Assembly: GCF_006345805.1 (NCBI RefSeq)
Contig: NC_043017.1
Location: forward strand, 23,560,001 to 23,624,000
From: Octopus sinensis
Taxonomy: Eukaryota
Reading direction: 5' to 3'
DNA: 64,000 bases
Notes under the pieces: model-generated
Database searches by the model: none
What the model saw: only the letters and a program-made list of their open reading frames with translations
Told to the model about the DNA's origin: nothing
Shown: positions 25,037-36,144 of the stretch, in pieces
Layout: each line of letters opens with the position of its first letter
Position numbering within the stretch: position 1 is the first letter of the stretch
Made by a program: the position numbers and the translations under genes

Positions 25037-25385
25037 TTCAAAAATTATATAGAAGTACAAACAAATGGATTTCATTTTTGGATTTGGTTTGCAAGATTCT
25101 TTATATGAGTTCGTGTGTTGAAGCATATTCTGTTGTGTCTGGGGAGAGTCATTCTCTTTTAGTGCCTAATTATTTAACACACTCACCGGTAAAATTTCCA
25201 CTTATTTCTTATTTTTATTCTCTAAAATTTTCGTTGCGTCTTGCAACCTTTTCAATAGTCTTGACTCTTTCTTTTATTTACACTGCGTTTTTAGAGAATA
25301 AAAATAAGAAATAAGTGGAAATTTTACCGGTGAGTGAGTTAAATAATAAGGCACTAAAAGAGAATGACTCTCCCCAGACACAACA
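25037..25385 (-). mobile_element. Microsatellite-anchored fold-back element with 97-bp arms
   Basis: 25131-25227 vs 25289-25385, 95/97 identical; 61-nt spacer holds a hammerhead core. Confidence 0.85.
25222..25258 (-). ncRNA. Hammerhead-like motif, type I minimal, U3-A8 variant
   Basis: CUA-UUGAAAA-G-GUUGC(AAGAC)GCAAC-GAA-AAUU-U-UAG: perfect 5-bp stem II, palindromic stem III, 3-bp stem I. Confidence 0.7.
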
Positions 25386-25903
25386 AACAAATGGAACAAA
25401 TAGAAAATACACTCATAGAATGTTGCTAAATCCTCATCAATTATAGTCCAAAGTATCATAACAATTTCATGCTTTTAATGATATTACTGTTCCTTTTTGG
25501 TGGCAATAAAAATGAAATTATTGAAATGAAATCAAGGTTAAAAATCTGGGAAGAAAGTATATTTTTAAATGTATCAATTACCCAATATATTTTTACTGAA
25601 TCTAAGTATTTTAATATATTTTATGTAATAAGTATGTGCTTCTGGTGATTCTCCTATATCAATTCTATTGATGGAAGTGAGTTGGATTATTGTTTGTAGA
25701 CTGAATTATCTGGTGTTATTCTCACTTATATATTTATCTTTTGTCTCAAGTCTCAATTTCTTGAGCACTTATAAATGCAACCTTTAATCTGAGGGAAAAT
25801 AGTTTATCTTGTATTCTTCCTTAAATATAATTATATATATATATATCTACACACATACATACATACATACATTTGTGTGTGTGTATATATATATATATAT
25901 GTA

Positions 25904-25949
<46 letters not shown>

Positions 25950-26102
25950 ATATATATTATATATATAGAAACTCTGCCAAATCAATAGTGGAGCCTGGTG
26001 CAGCCATCTAGTTCGCCAGCCCTCAGTCAAAATCGTCTAACCCATGCTAGCATGGAAAGCGGACGTTAAACGATGATCATGATGATCATGATGATATATA
26101 TA

Positions 26103-27015
26103 TTGGGTCATTCCATAAATAATGTGGGGTTTTTTTCAATTGCATGAACTAAAAACCAGAGAGGGACAGGATAATCTACCTGCATCAATTTACTATTAAT
26201 TTTACCCTGTACTTATTCTTAGTGCAAGTTTTAAAGAGTGCAGTTCGATTTTAACAGCTATTTTTTCAAAGCTATAATGAAAGTAACAAAGGAGCATATT
26301 CAGCATATTTTGCTTTATGAGTTTAACAAAGGCAACAACAGAATGGAAAGCACGAGGAATATCATGCAGTATATGGGGATTGAACAATAAGCATAAGCTA
26401 GTGTCAACAGTGCTTCCAGAAATTCCAAGCTGGGAGCTACTGCCTAGAAGATGAGCCTTGTCCTGAGAGATCTGTAGAGCTTGACAAGGATGTCCTGCAA
26501 ACCCTAGTGGAACAAAATCCCATTGTAACTGTTGGGGAGCTAGCAGAGAAGCTTGGACTTGGTCATGCAACCATTCATCGACACCTGCATGCCATCAGAA
26601 AAATCAGGAAATTGGTTTCAAGATGAAAGGTGTTCTTCCATCAGTATAATGCTCGGCCACATACAGTGAGGATGACACTCCAAAGGCTAGAGCAGTTTGA
26701 ATGGGAAATGTTGCCCCACCCATCATATTCACCAGACATTGCCCCGTCTGATTATCATTTATTCTGCAGTCTGTCTTCAAACTCATTTGGATGCAAAAAA
26801 TATGAATTCTGTAGGTGTAATTTTGGAGTAGTAGTCTTTGTCATGGACAAGTGAATTTGGGAAGAGGGGTCTTGCAAGTCTACCAGACAGACGGTAAAGC
26901 ATTGTAGAAAATGAAGGAGAGTATGGTTTAGATTAAAAAAGAACTTTGTTTATCTTAATTTTGATAAATAAAAGAAGTATAAAAAAAAGCCCACATTATT
27001 TATGGGATGACCCAA
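26103..27015 (+). mobile_element. Mariner element, internally deleted and degenerate
   Basis: TIRs TTGGGTCAT(T/C)CCATAAATAATGTGGG, TA flanks; MKVTKEHIQHILLYEFNKG start at 26278; HQYNARPH and PHPSYSPDIAPSDYHLF motifs. Confidence 0.92.
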
Positions 27016-27031
27016 TATATATATATATATA

Positions 27032-27206
27032 TAAAGCAGCAGAAAATTCAACAAAACCTGTTACTCTGAGTTTCCCGGCAACGGGAAACTCAGAGTAACA
27101 GTTTTTGTTGAATTTTCTGCTGCTTTAAATAAAGCATATTACTCTACCACTGGTATTTGAGTACTCTTTTTTCCACCTTGTTTCACATTTATGTGTTTAC
27201 TCCGGT
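27032..27206 (+). mobile_element. (TA)n-anchored fold-back element: 46-bp arms, GCAA loop
   Basis: 27032-27077 vs 27082-27127, 1 mismatch; the unit continues to the (TA)n at ~27207. Confidence 0.85.
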
Positions 27207-27267
27207 ATATATATATACACACACACACACATACATACATACATTTACATACACACAGGCACACACA

Positions 27268-27311
<44 letters not shown>

Positions 27312-27998
27312 CACACGCACACACACACACACACACACACACTTACACTTCAGAGACATACTTGTCTGGCAAATTATTTCATTTGAAACCATGTGCTGAA
27401 ACTAAAACAATTACAGTGTTGGAGACACACATTTTAGCCATTCAAAAACACAAATAATGCTAACTTCATTTAAACATTTATTATTTGATAGCAAAACTTT
27501 CATTGCACCAAATAGCAAGCTTATCACTGATACATTTTCACAGTGACTGGGTTTAAATGAAGCAGAAAATTGGTAGAATTGCTTACTCTTTGCTATTAAT
27601 GTTCCGAGTTCAAATCCAACAGAAGTCAACTTTACTTTTTATCCTCTTGGGGTTGATAGAATTAAGTATTAGTCAATGACTAGGCTTGATGCCTACAGGA
27701 CATCCTCAATCTTTTATCTTTTAGCTTTTATCTTTAACATGATTCAGTCATTAGACTGTGGCCATGCTAGGGCACTGCCTTCAAGAATCTTGGTCAAACA
27801 AATTGACCCACGTACTTATTATTCAGCCTGGTACTTATTCTATCAGTCTCTTTTGCCAAACTGCTAAGTTATGGGCATACCAACACTGGTTGTCAAGCAG
27901 TGGTAGGGCATAAACACATATACACACCCACAAACATACATATCGCAGGAGTGGCTGTGTGGTAAGAAGTTTGAAAGAAAAACTGAAAGAAGGCCATC

Positions 27999-28034
<36 letters not shown>

Positions 28035-28195
28035 GTGTGTCTGTGATTGTCCCCCGCCCCCATCACTTGAAAACCAATGTTGGTGAAAGAAACTCGTCAT
28101 ATATATATATATATATATATATCCTGAGACCCCCTTCGGTCACGACACAGACCATGGAATTGCACCTAGAAAGTTACCCCACCAGGCACAAGTCT

Positions 28196-29115
28196 GGTTC
28201 CCTCAACTTCTGGAGTGTCATAAGTGACATGTGTGGTCAAGCATTGTCATGAAGAATGATTGGCCCTCTTCTGTTGACCAGTCTGGGATGGAGGAGTAGC
28301 AGTTTTTCATTCACTTTGGCAATTTCATGGCAATATGTTTCTGCTGTAATGGTTTCTTTCTGGGTTTTAAGAAGTTATAGTGGAATAGTCCAGCAGTACA
28401 CCACCAAACAGTCACCATAACCTTCTTTTTGAAGAGCTCAGGTTTAGGGAAGGTTTGCGGTGCCTCATTTTGGTCCAGCCACTGCAAAGAACATTTTTTT
28501 TATTATTGTACAGAATCCATTTTTCATTACAAGTTACAATATGGTTGAGAAATGGATCAGTCTGGTTACAGAGAAGAAGCAATGAGCAAATTTCATATCT
28601 GTGCATTTTCTGATTTTCATTCAAATGGTTGCAAACAGGTTTCTGGCTAACTTGAAGTTCTTTTGCCAGTTTTTCAGTAGTTTTACATGGATCTTTCTCA
28701 ATGACAATCTTTAATTGATTGTCATCGATGACAGATGGGCATCCACTACACTAACAGTCTTCAAGGCTCAGGTCTCCACTGCAAAATTGGTTAAACCATC
28801 TTCGAGCTGACCACTCACTGGTCATTTCCTCACCAAATGTTTCGTTGATATCGCGGTCAGTTTCAGCTGCTTTATGTCCTTTTTTGAAGGTGAATAGCAA
28901 AATTGCTCGAATATCGCGCTTTGACAGTTGCATTTCAGATGATTGTAACAATGGTGAAAAAAATATCACTGTTAATTTATTGATGCATTTGGGCAAGTCT
29001 ATGTCTGTATTATCAGACAATTGCTAAGAAATGTTTAAAAAAAATCGAAACTCGGCAAAAATCCAGTACAAATTCTTCATAGTTCAAAACGTTGCTTACT
29101 TTTTACTGAACCTGA
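28196..29115 (-). mobile_element. Mariner element, 3'-truncated and degenerate
   Basis: 5' TIR TA-TCAGGTTCAG at 29115; N-terminus MQLSKRDIRAILLFTFKKGHKAAET; IVTCNEKWILYNN and LHDNA*PH motifs. Confidence 0.9.
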
Positions 29116-29130
29116 TATTATATATATATA

Positions 29131-29560
29131 TATTTAAAATGAATAAAAGAATGGAGTCGAACAAAGATTTTAACACAATTCCTTTACTTTCAACACATGT
29201 TTCGAAGACTGTGAACATTATGTAGCAAGCCATAGAAAAGTTTTTGTCCATCTTGAGGCTGATTGATTTTCCTTGTCTTTCCTGATGAGAAGACGGCATA
29301 ATGCACACTTTATTCCTTCGGAATTAAGAATATGCAGTCTTCGAAACATGTGTTGAAAGTAAAGGAATTGTGTTAAAATCTTCATTCGACTCCATTCTTT
29401 TATTCATTTTAAATAATACACAAATTACCACACAAGAACACGGGGGTTTCTACCCTTGGCATGTAGCTTCAACCGTGTTTTCTGACGTGAATTTGCTACC
29501 CAGGTATCGATTAACCGAATTATCAATACTAGGATAATTCATTCACATACTTAAATATTT
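29131..29560 (+). mobile_element. (TA)n-anchored fold-back element carrying an intact hammerhead fold
   Basis: Arms 29131-29211 and 29335-29415 (79/81 identical); (TA)n on both sides. Confidence 0.85.
29269..29367 (+). ncRNA. Type I hammerhead ribozyme, canonical core
   Basis: CUGAUGA 29282-29288; stem II GAAGAC/GUCUUC plus GCAUA/UAUGC; GAAA 29343-29346; stem III palindrome ACAUGU-type (ACA/UGU); GUU triplet with cleavage predicted after 29354; stem I of 5 bp, 2x2 loop and 6 bp. Confidence 0.8.
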
Positions 29561-29992
29561 ATATATATATATATATATATAGATATATACACATACATAC
29601 AATATATATATATATCATTGTCATCATCATCAAACATCTGTTCTCTATGCTTGCATGGTTTCGATAGTTTGACACACATACACACACACACACACAAATA
29701 TGTATATATAATAAACAATACACCTTACACACATACAGTGTATAGACTTAATTAAAGCAGAAAGCATTGTTTGATGATTGATTATTCATTACCTTTCAAC
29801 CAAACACAACAGCCAGAACTGAATATTTAAAATTCATTGAAATTATCACACAGAAATTAATATAAACATTTACTGAATAATGTAGCAGAGCAATGACCTA
29901 AGTGTCATTTAATATTTAGTTCTGTACTTGTAGGATTTGAGTTCAAATCTTACCAGAATTAACTTTATTTTTCATCTGTTACATGTTTAAAT

Positions 29993-30320
29993 CAGCGGTT
30001 CTCAACAGGGGTCCATATGGCCCTTGGGAGTCAATATGGCCCTTGGGAGTCAATATGGCCCTTGAGAGTCAATATGGCCCTTGGGAGTCAATATGGCCCT
30101 TGGTGGGGTCCATTTAAGATCTTGTTAAAATTTATGTGCAGGAAATTGCATATACATATACAATACACAAAATATTTTAACAATTTTTAAAATACAGTTC
30201 CTGTTAATATTTAATTATTAAAATATAAGATTTTTTAAGCATTGAATGGCAATGGGGCTCCAGTGGAGTAAAATAGGAATCAAAGGGTGTCCATAGGTAA
30301 AAAATGGTTGAGAACCTCTG
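29993..30320. mobile_element. hAT-type MITE with an internal 19-bp x5 minisatellite
   Basis: TIR CAGCGGTTCTCAAC/GTTGAGAACCTCTG; 8-bp TSD GTTTAAAT at 29985-29992 and 30321-30328. Confidence 0.9.
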
Positions 30321-30906
30321 GTTTAAATGAAGCTTTTTTGACATCAGTTCACGTGAAACCACCTCTGCTTCAAGGATACAAAACCTCTTGTATCCCTGTA
30401 TTCACATTAAAATAGAATACTTCCATCATATCATATAGGGATTTGAACCCCGAATGTGAAATTATCAGTTTATGACCATGAGTAAGCTTATAATTGGGCT
30501 ATACGAGTTTCATGTGAACAATTTAAAAATTGGATAATCAGTTTCAAGCTAACGCATGAACAGCATTGCAAATGTTCTTGAGATCCATGAATGTTTTCCA
30601 CACTCAATCAGTTTGGTGCTTAAATCATAGCAGAATGTTGTTGGCATTCAAGCAGGGCAGATCTTGGCTCTTGTCCAACAAACAAGGAAAAGAACCTTAA
30701 TAAATTATAGCGGACTCATGTCTTTGGCCTTTCGCTTTCCAGATAACAAATGGCCGACTGAATGCTGTTAAGTCAATTCCTACATACTGTTCTGGTCAGC
30801 AGTGAGAATTTGGAAATTAATGTCTGATAAATGCTTAGTCTTCTCCTAATAAAATTGCTATTAAGCATTCACAAGTTTACTTTCGCTGTAATATATGCAA
30901 TATATA

Positions 30907-31289
30907 GGCGCAGGAGTGGCTGTGTGGTAAGTAGCTTGCTAACCAACCACATGGTTCCGGGTTCAGTTCCACTGCGTGGCATCTTGGGCAAGTGTCTTCT
31001 ACTATAGCCCTAGGCCGACCAATGCCTTGTGAGTGGATTTGGTAGACGGAAACTGAAAGAAGCCTGCCATATATATGTATATATATGTATGTGTTTGTGT
31101 GTGTCCCCCTAGCATTGCTTGACAACCGATGCTGGTGTGTTTACGTCCCCGTCACTTAGCGGTTCTGCAAAAGAGACTGATAGAATAAGTACTGGGCTTA
31201 CAAAGAATAAGTCCCGGGGTCGATTTGCTCGACTAAAGGTGGTGCTCCAGCATGGCCGCAGTCAAATGACTGAAACAAGTAAAAAAAAA
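30907..31289 (+). mobile_element. Family A SINE, young
   Basis: Near-identical to 20424-20856. Confidence 0.9.
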
Positions 31290-31748
31290 CAAAAAAAAAC
31301 AACTTGATATTACATTCAATTAATAAAGATATTATGTCAATTTTTCTCACAACACAACCTCATAAAAATGGTGACTTGACAAAGAAGAACCTACAACACC
31401 CAACCTCATAACAAGCACACAAGGCAACAAGAATCCTAATGTTGATGTCCATAATCATTCTTAACACATTTTGACAGATTTGAATGTGAATATGTTAATC
31501 TCTGTTGTAGTTCACCTTTAGAAAACACTTTCTCCCTTTCGGACAATGTCTCTTTCTACTGGAATGGGTTATAAAAATGAAATACATACAGTGTTTCTCT
31601 TCCGTGTATGCAACATTCTGTAGTTTAATCATGTTTCTTACAACTAGCACTCCATCATTTACGACAACGAGGCTTCCAGTTGGTCTGATCAATGGAATAG
31701 CCTGCTCGTGAAATTAACATGCAAGTGGCTGAGTATTCCACAAACATA

Positions 31749-32176
31749 CTCTCTTTTCTCTTTTACTTTTTTACTCTTTTACTTGTTTCAGTCATTTGAC
31801 TGCGGCCATGCTGGAGCACTGCCTTTAATCGAGCAACTCGACGCCGGGACTTATTCTTTGTAAGCCTAGTACTTATTCTATCGGTCTCTTTTGCCGAACC
31901 ACTAAGTGACGGGGACGTAAACACACCAGCATCGGTTGTCAAGCAATGCTAGGGGGACAAACACAGACACCCAAACACATACACACACACACATATATAT
32001 ATATACATATATACGACAGGTTTCTTTCAGTTTCCGTCTACCAAATCCACTCACAAAGCTTTGGTCGGCCCAGGGCTATAGCAGAAGACACTTGCCCAAG
32101 ATGCCACGCAGTGGGACTGAACCCGGAACCATGTGGTTGGTTAGCAAGCTACTTACCACACAGCCACTCCTGTGCC
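31749..32176 (-). mobile_element. Family A SINE, young, nested in an older SINE
   Basis: Reverse complement of family A; older SINE sequence on both sides. Confidence 0.9.
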
Positions 32177-33831
32177 TGTGTACCTTTAAAGTAGTTCTCA
32201 GGGAGACTCAGTGTGACACAGAATCTAACAAAGCTGACCCTTTGAAAACTGGCTCAAGAACAAAATTTGTTTAGGGGTACAAACCCAGATCCAAAATTTT
32301 TTGTAAATAAGGTTTTATTTATTTTTATTTATTTTTGTTCCTTGTTCTTTGAGAAGAAACTTAGCTTCAAGCTACTTTTTACAGATCATTTTTTATGCAG
32401 TTTTCTAAACCTGAGAAAAGTAAGTAGGGGTGCTAATTTTGATTTTGCACCCCACCAAAACATTTTAGGAGGTGCACTTGCACCTTCTGCACCCCTTGTT
32501 TCCATTCCTTTGAAATACAGATGTTGTTCATTGTTTCCAGCTGAGTAGACTGAAATAAAATATCTTGCTCAAAGACATAAACCACAGCAGGGAATTGAAC
32601 TTATGGCCTTATGACTGTGAGCTGTATACCCTAACCACTTAGCTATGTGTCTTCACTACCATGTTCCTTAACCACTTTGATACCAGACTACCAGAAACTG
32701 CCCTTGTTTCTATGATACAAATTCTATTTTAAATTGATCGGAATTTAAATTTTCCATAAAAATTCCATGTTAATTTATATTCTAAACACAGCTTTCATCA
32801 TCCTCATCGTTTATCGTCCGTTAATGGGTTGGACGGTTCGACCGGGGATCTGGGAAGCCAGAAGGCTGCACCAAGCTCCAGTCTGATCTGGCAGTGTTTC
32901 AACAGCTGGATGCCTTTCCTAACGCCAACCACTCTGTGAGTGTAGTGGGTGCTTTTTACGTGCCACCGGCACAGGTGCCAGGCGAGGCTGGCAACGGCCA
33001 CGATCGGATTGGTGCATTTTATGTGCCACCAGCACGGAAGCCAGTCAAGGTGGCGCTGGTATCGGCCATAATTCGGATGGTGCCTTTTACGTGCCACTGG
33101 CACGGAAGCCATAATGACAAAATTATTTTACGAAATTCTTGATTATTTTAAAAATCAATTGAAACAAAAGCAATGCAAGCTGACAGAAAGACACCAAGGA
33201 TGAAAGGAGTGAGTGTGGTCCAGAGTTACTCTTAGATAAACAGGGTGGATGTAGCACTCAAGTGGTGTTCCAGACTCTTTGATGTCAAGAAGTCAGTTTG
33301 GCTTTGTGACTTCAGAGGTGGAACAAGCAAACTTAATTCTGAGAATGAGTGGCTTGTGGATGATTGCACTTGTAATAGAGAAATAGTTCATTTGAGGTTG
33401 AGGTGAGGTTTGCTTTTGATATGCCACATGTACTCTGTACTGGTGTTACTCAGAAGTTGTCATTGGAAACCTGTTACCAACGATGACATTGTTTACAAAA
33501 TGCAGCATAAAAATTCAAAATCAATACAATAACCACCTACACCCCCCCCCCATTTCTATACTGGTAGTTGTGACCCCTCTCTCTCCAAAACTCCTATTAC
33601 TGATGCCCATCATGTTCTCTTAAACCGAAACATTTCTACAACTGCGCCCCCCCTCTCACTTACTTGCAAACATATAGCCCCCATCAGTGTCTCTTTCACA
33701 TTACTGCTACCTTTACCAAATCCCATTGCACCCAGTCTTAACTGTTTCTTATTTCTTCTCCAGCACTGTCTCACCAATTTCTCCCCCTCTTCCACACTTA
33801 TCACCACAATTGCTTTATTTCCTCCCAACAT

Positions 33832-34168
33832 TTGAGATCCCCTTCGGTCACGACACAGACCATGGGATTGCACCTAGAAAGTTACCCTCCCAGGCACAAG
33901 TCCGGGCAAGGTTGTTTATGGAAGACCAGCAGTCGCCCATGCATACCGGCCTCCCCTCTCCACGCCACCAGTGTTATCCAAGGGAAAGTCAAGGGCCGAT
34001 ACAGCTTGGCACCTGTGACGTCACAACTCATTTCTACAGGTGAGTGAACTGGAGCAACGTGAAATAAAGTGTCTTGCTCAAGAACACAACATGCAGCCCG
34101 GTCCGGGATTCGAGCTTACAACCTCACGATCGTAAGCTCGACGCTCTAATCACTGAGCCATGCGCCTT
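33832..34168 (-). mobile_element. Family C tRNA-derived SINE, full length (others at ~41575-41942(-) and partial copies at 28122-28200, 32510-32655, 44800-44935, 57540-57730)
   Basis: Head GAAGGCGCATGGCTCAGTGATTAGAG, B box GCTCGAATCC; 11-bp TSD CCTCCCAACAT at 33821-33831 and 34169-34179. Confidence 0.9.
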
Positions 34169-34480
34169 CCTCCCAACATAACTCTCTTCTATCATGCTAA
34201 TTCATCTTCTGCAATTATCCTCTCTTTCAACTACTTGATTCTACAAGCTAGAGGATGTTCCAATAGCTAAAAGGATACAAAGCAAGTCTGTCAGTCTTTT
34301 TCCTTCTGGTTTCATAGTATTAAGTGAATGAATGATAAAGGTTTCCTCTAAGACTCATCTTCTATTCTATAGCTGCTAACATTATTGGATAATCCAGCAA
34401 TATCCATTCCTAACAGTGAAGCGAACCAAAACCCTACAGATTAGAATAAAGTATTCTAACCACAAAGTTTAACCCTTTAG

Positions 34481-34800
34481 TTAGTTAGTTAGTTAGTTAA
34501 TTTTTGGCTCAAAAGCAAATAGCAAGGCCATGTAGGGGGACATGGAGTTAAGTACAGGGTGGTGTTCATGTAAAGAGTTCAGGCCACTTGAGGTCAAGGG
34601 AGACTTTGAACAAAGCGGTCGTCGGCATCTTCACCATCTCGTCTGGCAGCTTGTTCCACGGATTCGCAACCCGGACGGAGAAAGCTCCTCTCCTTCGATT
34701 GAGATGAAATCGTCGCAGGTAGAGCTTTTCAGAATAACCCCACAGCCGACGCTCTGGAGCAGGAGTGAAGAACAGCTCTTTCGAGAGGTTACACTTTCCG
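34481..34800 (-). mobile_element. CR1-clade LINE 3' fragment with (TAAC)n tail, inside a piggyBac-type MITE (34473-34986)
   Basis: Homologous to 18722-19030; CTTTAG repeated at 34475-34480 and 34801-34806. Confidence 0.88.
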
Positions 34801-35094
34801 CTTTAGCATATAATCCGGCCCAAATATTCTACTGGTTTTATGTTAAAACTGACCAGATTCCAATCTCTCACACCTACCCTGCAATGTCATTCTAAAAATG
34901 TACAAACACACCACTGAAATCTTGTAGCTAACAGATAATGAGTGATTAATTCAAAGCACTGGGAATAAATAATGGTAAGGGCTTAATGAATTATCTGTGG
35001 CTGGTTTGAACTCTCAACCTAGAGGAAGGTAATTCAATATCATATTCACATATGTGAGTGACTATGGTAATTCATGTCTAATTGGTTTTTAATT

Positions 35095-35850
35095 GGGATT
35101 CTACAACCACCACAAATATTACTATCACAAACACAGCTACCACCACCACCACCACCACTATCATTACCAGCACCAGCACTGCCACCAGCAGCAGCACCAC
35201 CACCACCACCACTACCACCACCACCACTACCACCACCACTACCACCATCATTACCAGCACCACCACCACCACTACCACCACCACCACCACCACCACTACC
35301 ACCACCACCACCACCACTACCACCACTACCACCACCACCACTACCACCACCACTACCACCATCATTACCAGCACCACCACCACCACTACCACCACCACCA
35401 CCACCACCACTACCACCACCACCACCACCACTACCACCACTACCACCACCACCACTACTACCACCACTACCACCACCACCACTACTACCACCACTACCAC
35501 CACCACCACTACCACCACCACCACAACTACCACCACCACAACCAGCACCACCACCACTATCATTACCAGCACCAGCAGCACCACCACCATCACTGTAACC
35601 ACTATCATTATAGAAATTACCACAAACACTAGCACCTCCACTGCCACCACCACAAATACCACCACTACCACCACCACCACCATCATCACAATTACCATCA
35701 CTGCTACTACTACTATTGCTTAAATAGCTATCACTACAACAATCACCACTACCAACCCACCACAGCCATAACCATGACTATCACCACACACACAAAAACA
35801 AAATACTACCAACAGCACCCTAATGACCTGTCTCAAACCACCACCACCGC
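35095..35850. repeat. (ACC/ACT/AGC)n trinucleotide tract
   Basis: Direct reading; poly-T/P/H/V ORFs are artefacts. Confidence 0.95.
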
Positions 35851-36144
35851 CACCCCAACGCCTGTTTTAGTTTTTCTTTACTGATATCTGTGACATATAT
35901 TTTCTTTCGTTAGCTACAAGGTCAGCTTCAATAAGTCTTATTTTGGCTTCTGATATAATTATAAGAGAGTGAGGTTAAAGACCTAAAGGTTAGAGAACCC
36001 TAGTGAAACGTTGGCCTTAATTACACCAACCATCGTTCCCCTTTCGGCCAGAGACAGAAAGAGGTGGGAGAGAAGAAGGGGGAGAAAGAGGGACAGCAAT
36101 GTTTCAGTGAACACTGAGAAGGTTTGCTTTTAGAATTATTAGTA

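Noticed and set aside
33180-33830. Possible decayed LINE endonuclease region on minus (87-aa ORF 33610-33873)
   Set aside because: Only vague motif resemblance, and the ORF start lies in an inserted SINE
33832-34168. tRNA genes at SINE heads (also 20424, 36385 and others)
   Set aside because: A/B boxes are present but there is no complete cloverleaf or acceptor stem; they continue into SINE bodies with tails and TSDs
35074-35723. 170-213 aa Pro/Thr/His/Val-rich ORFs (likewise the IY, IYLS, HT and FFS/EKR ORFs at 4800-5500, 13767-14258, 15195-16056, 41971-44140, 46077-47818)
   Set aside because: Open in several frames and on both strands because they are translations of microsatellites
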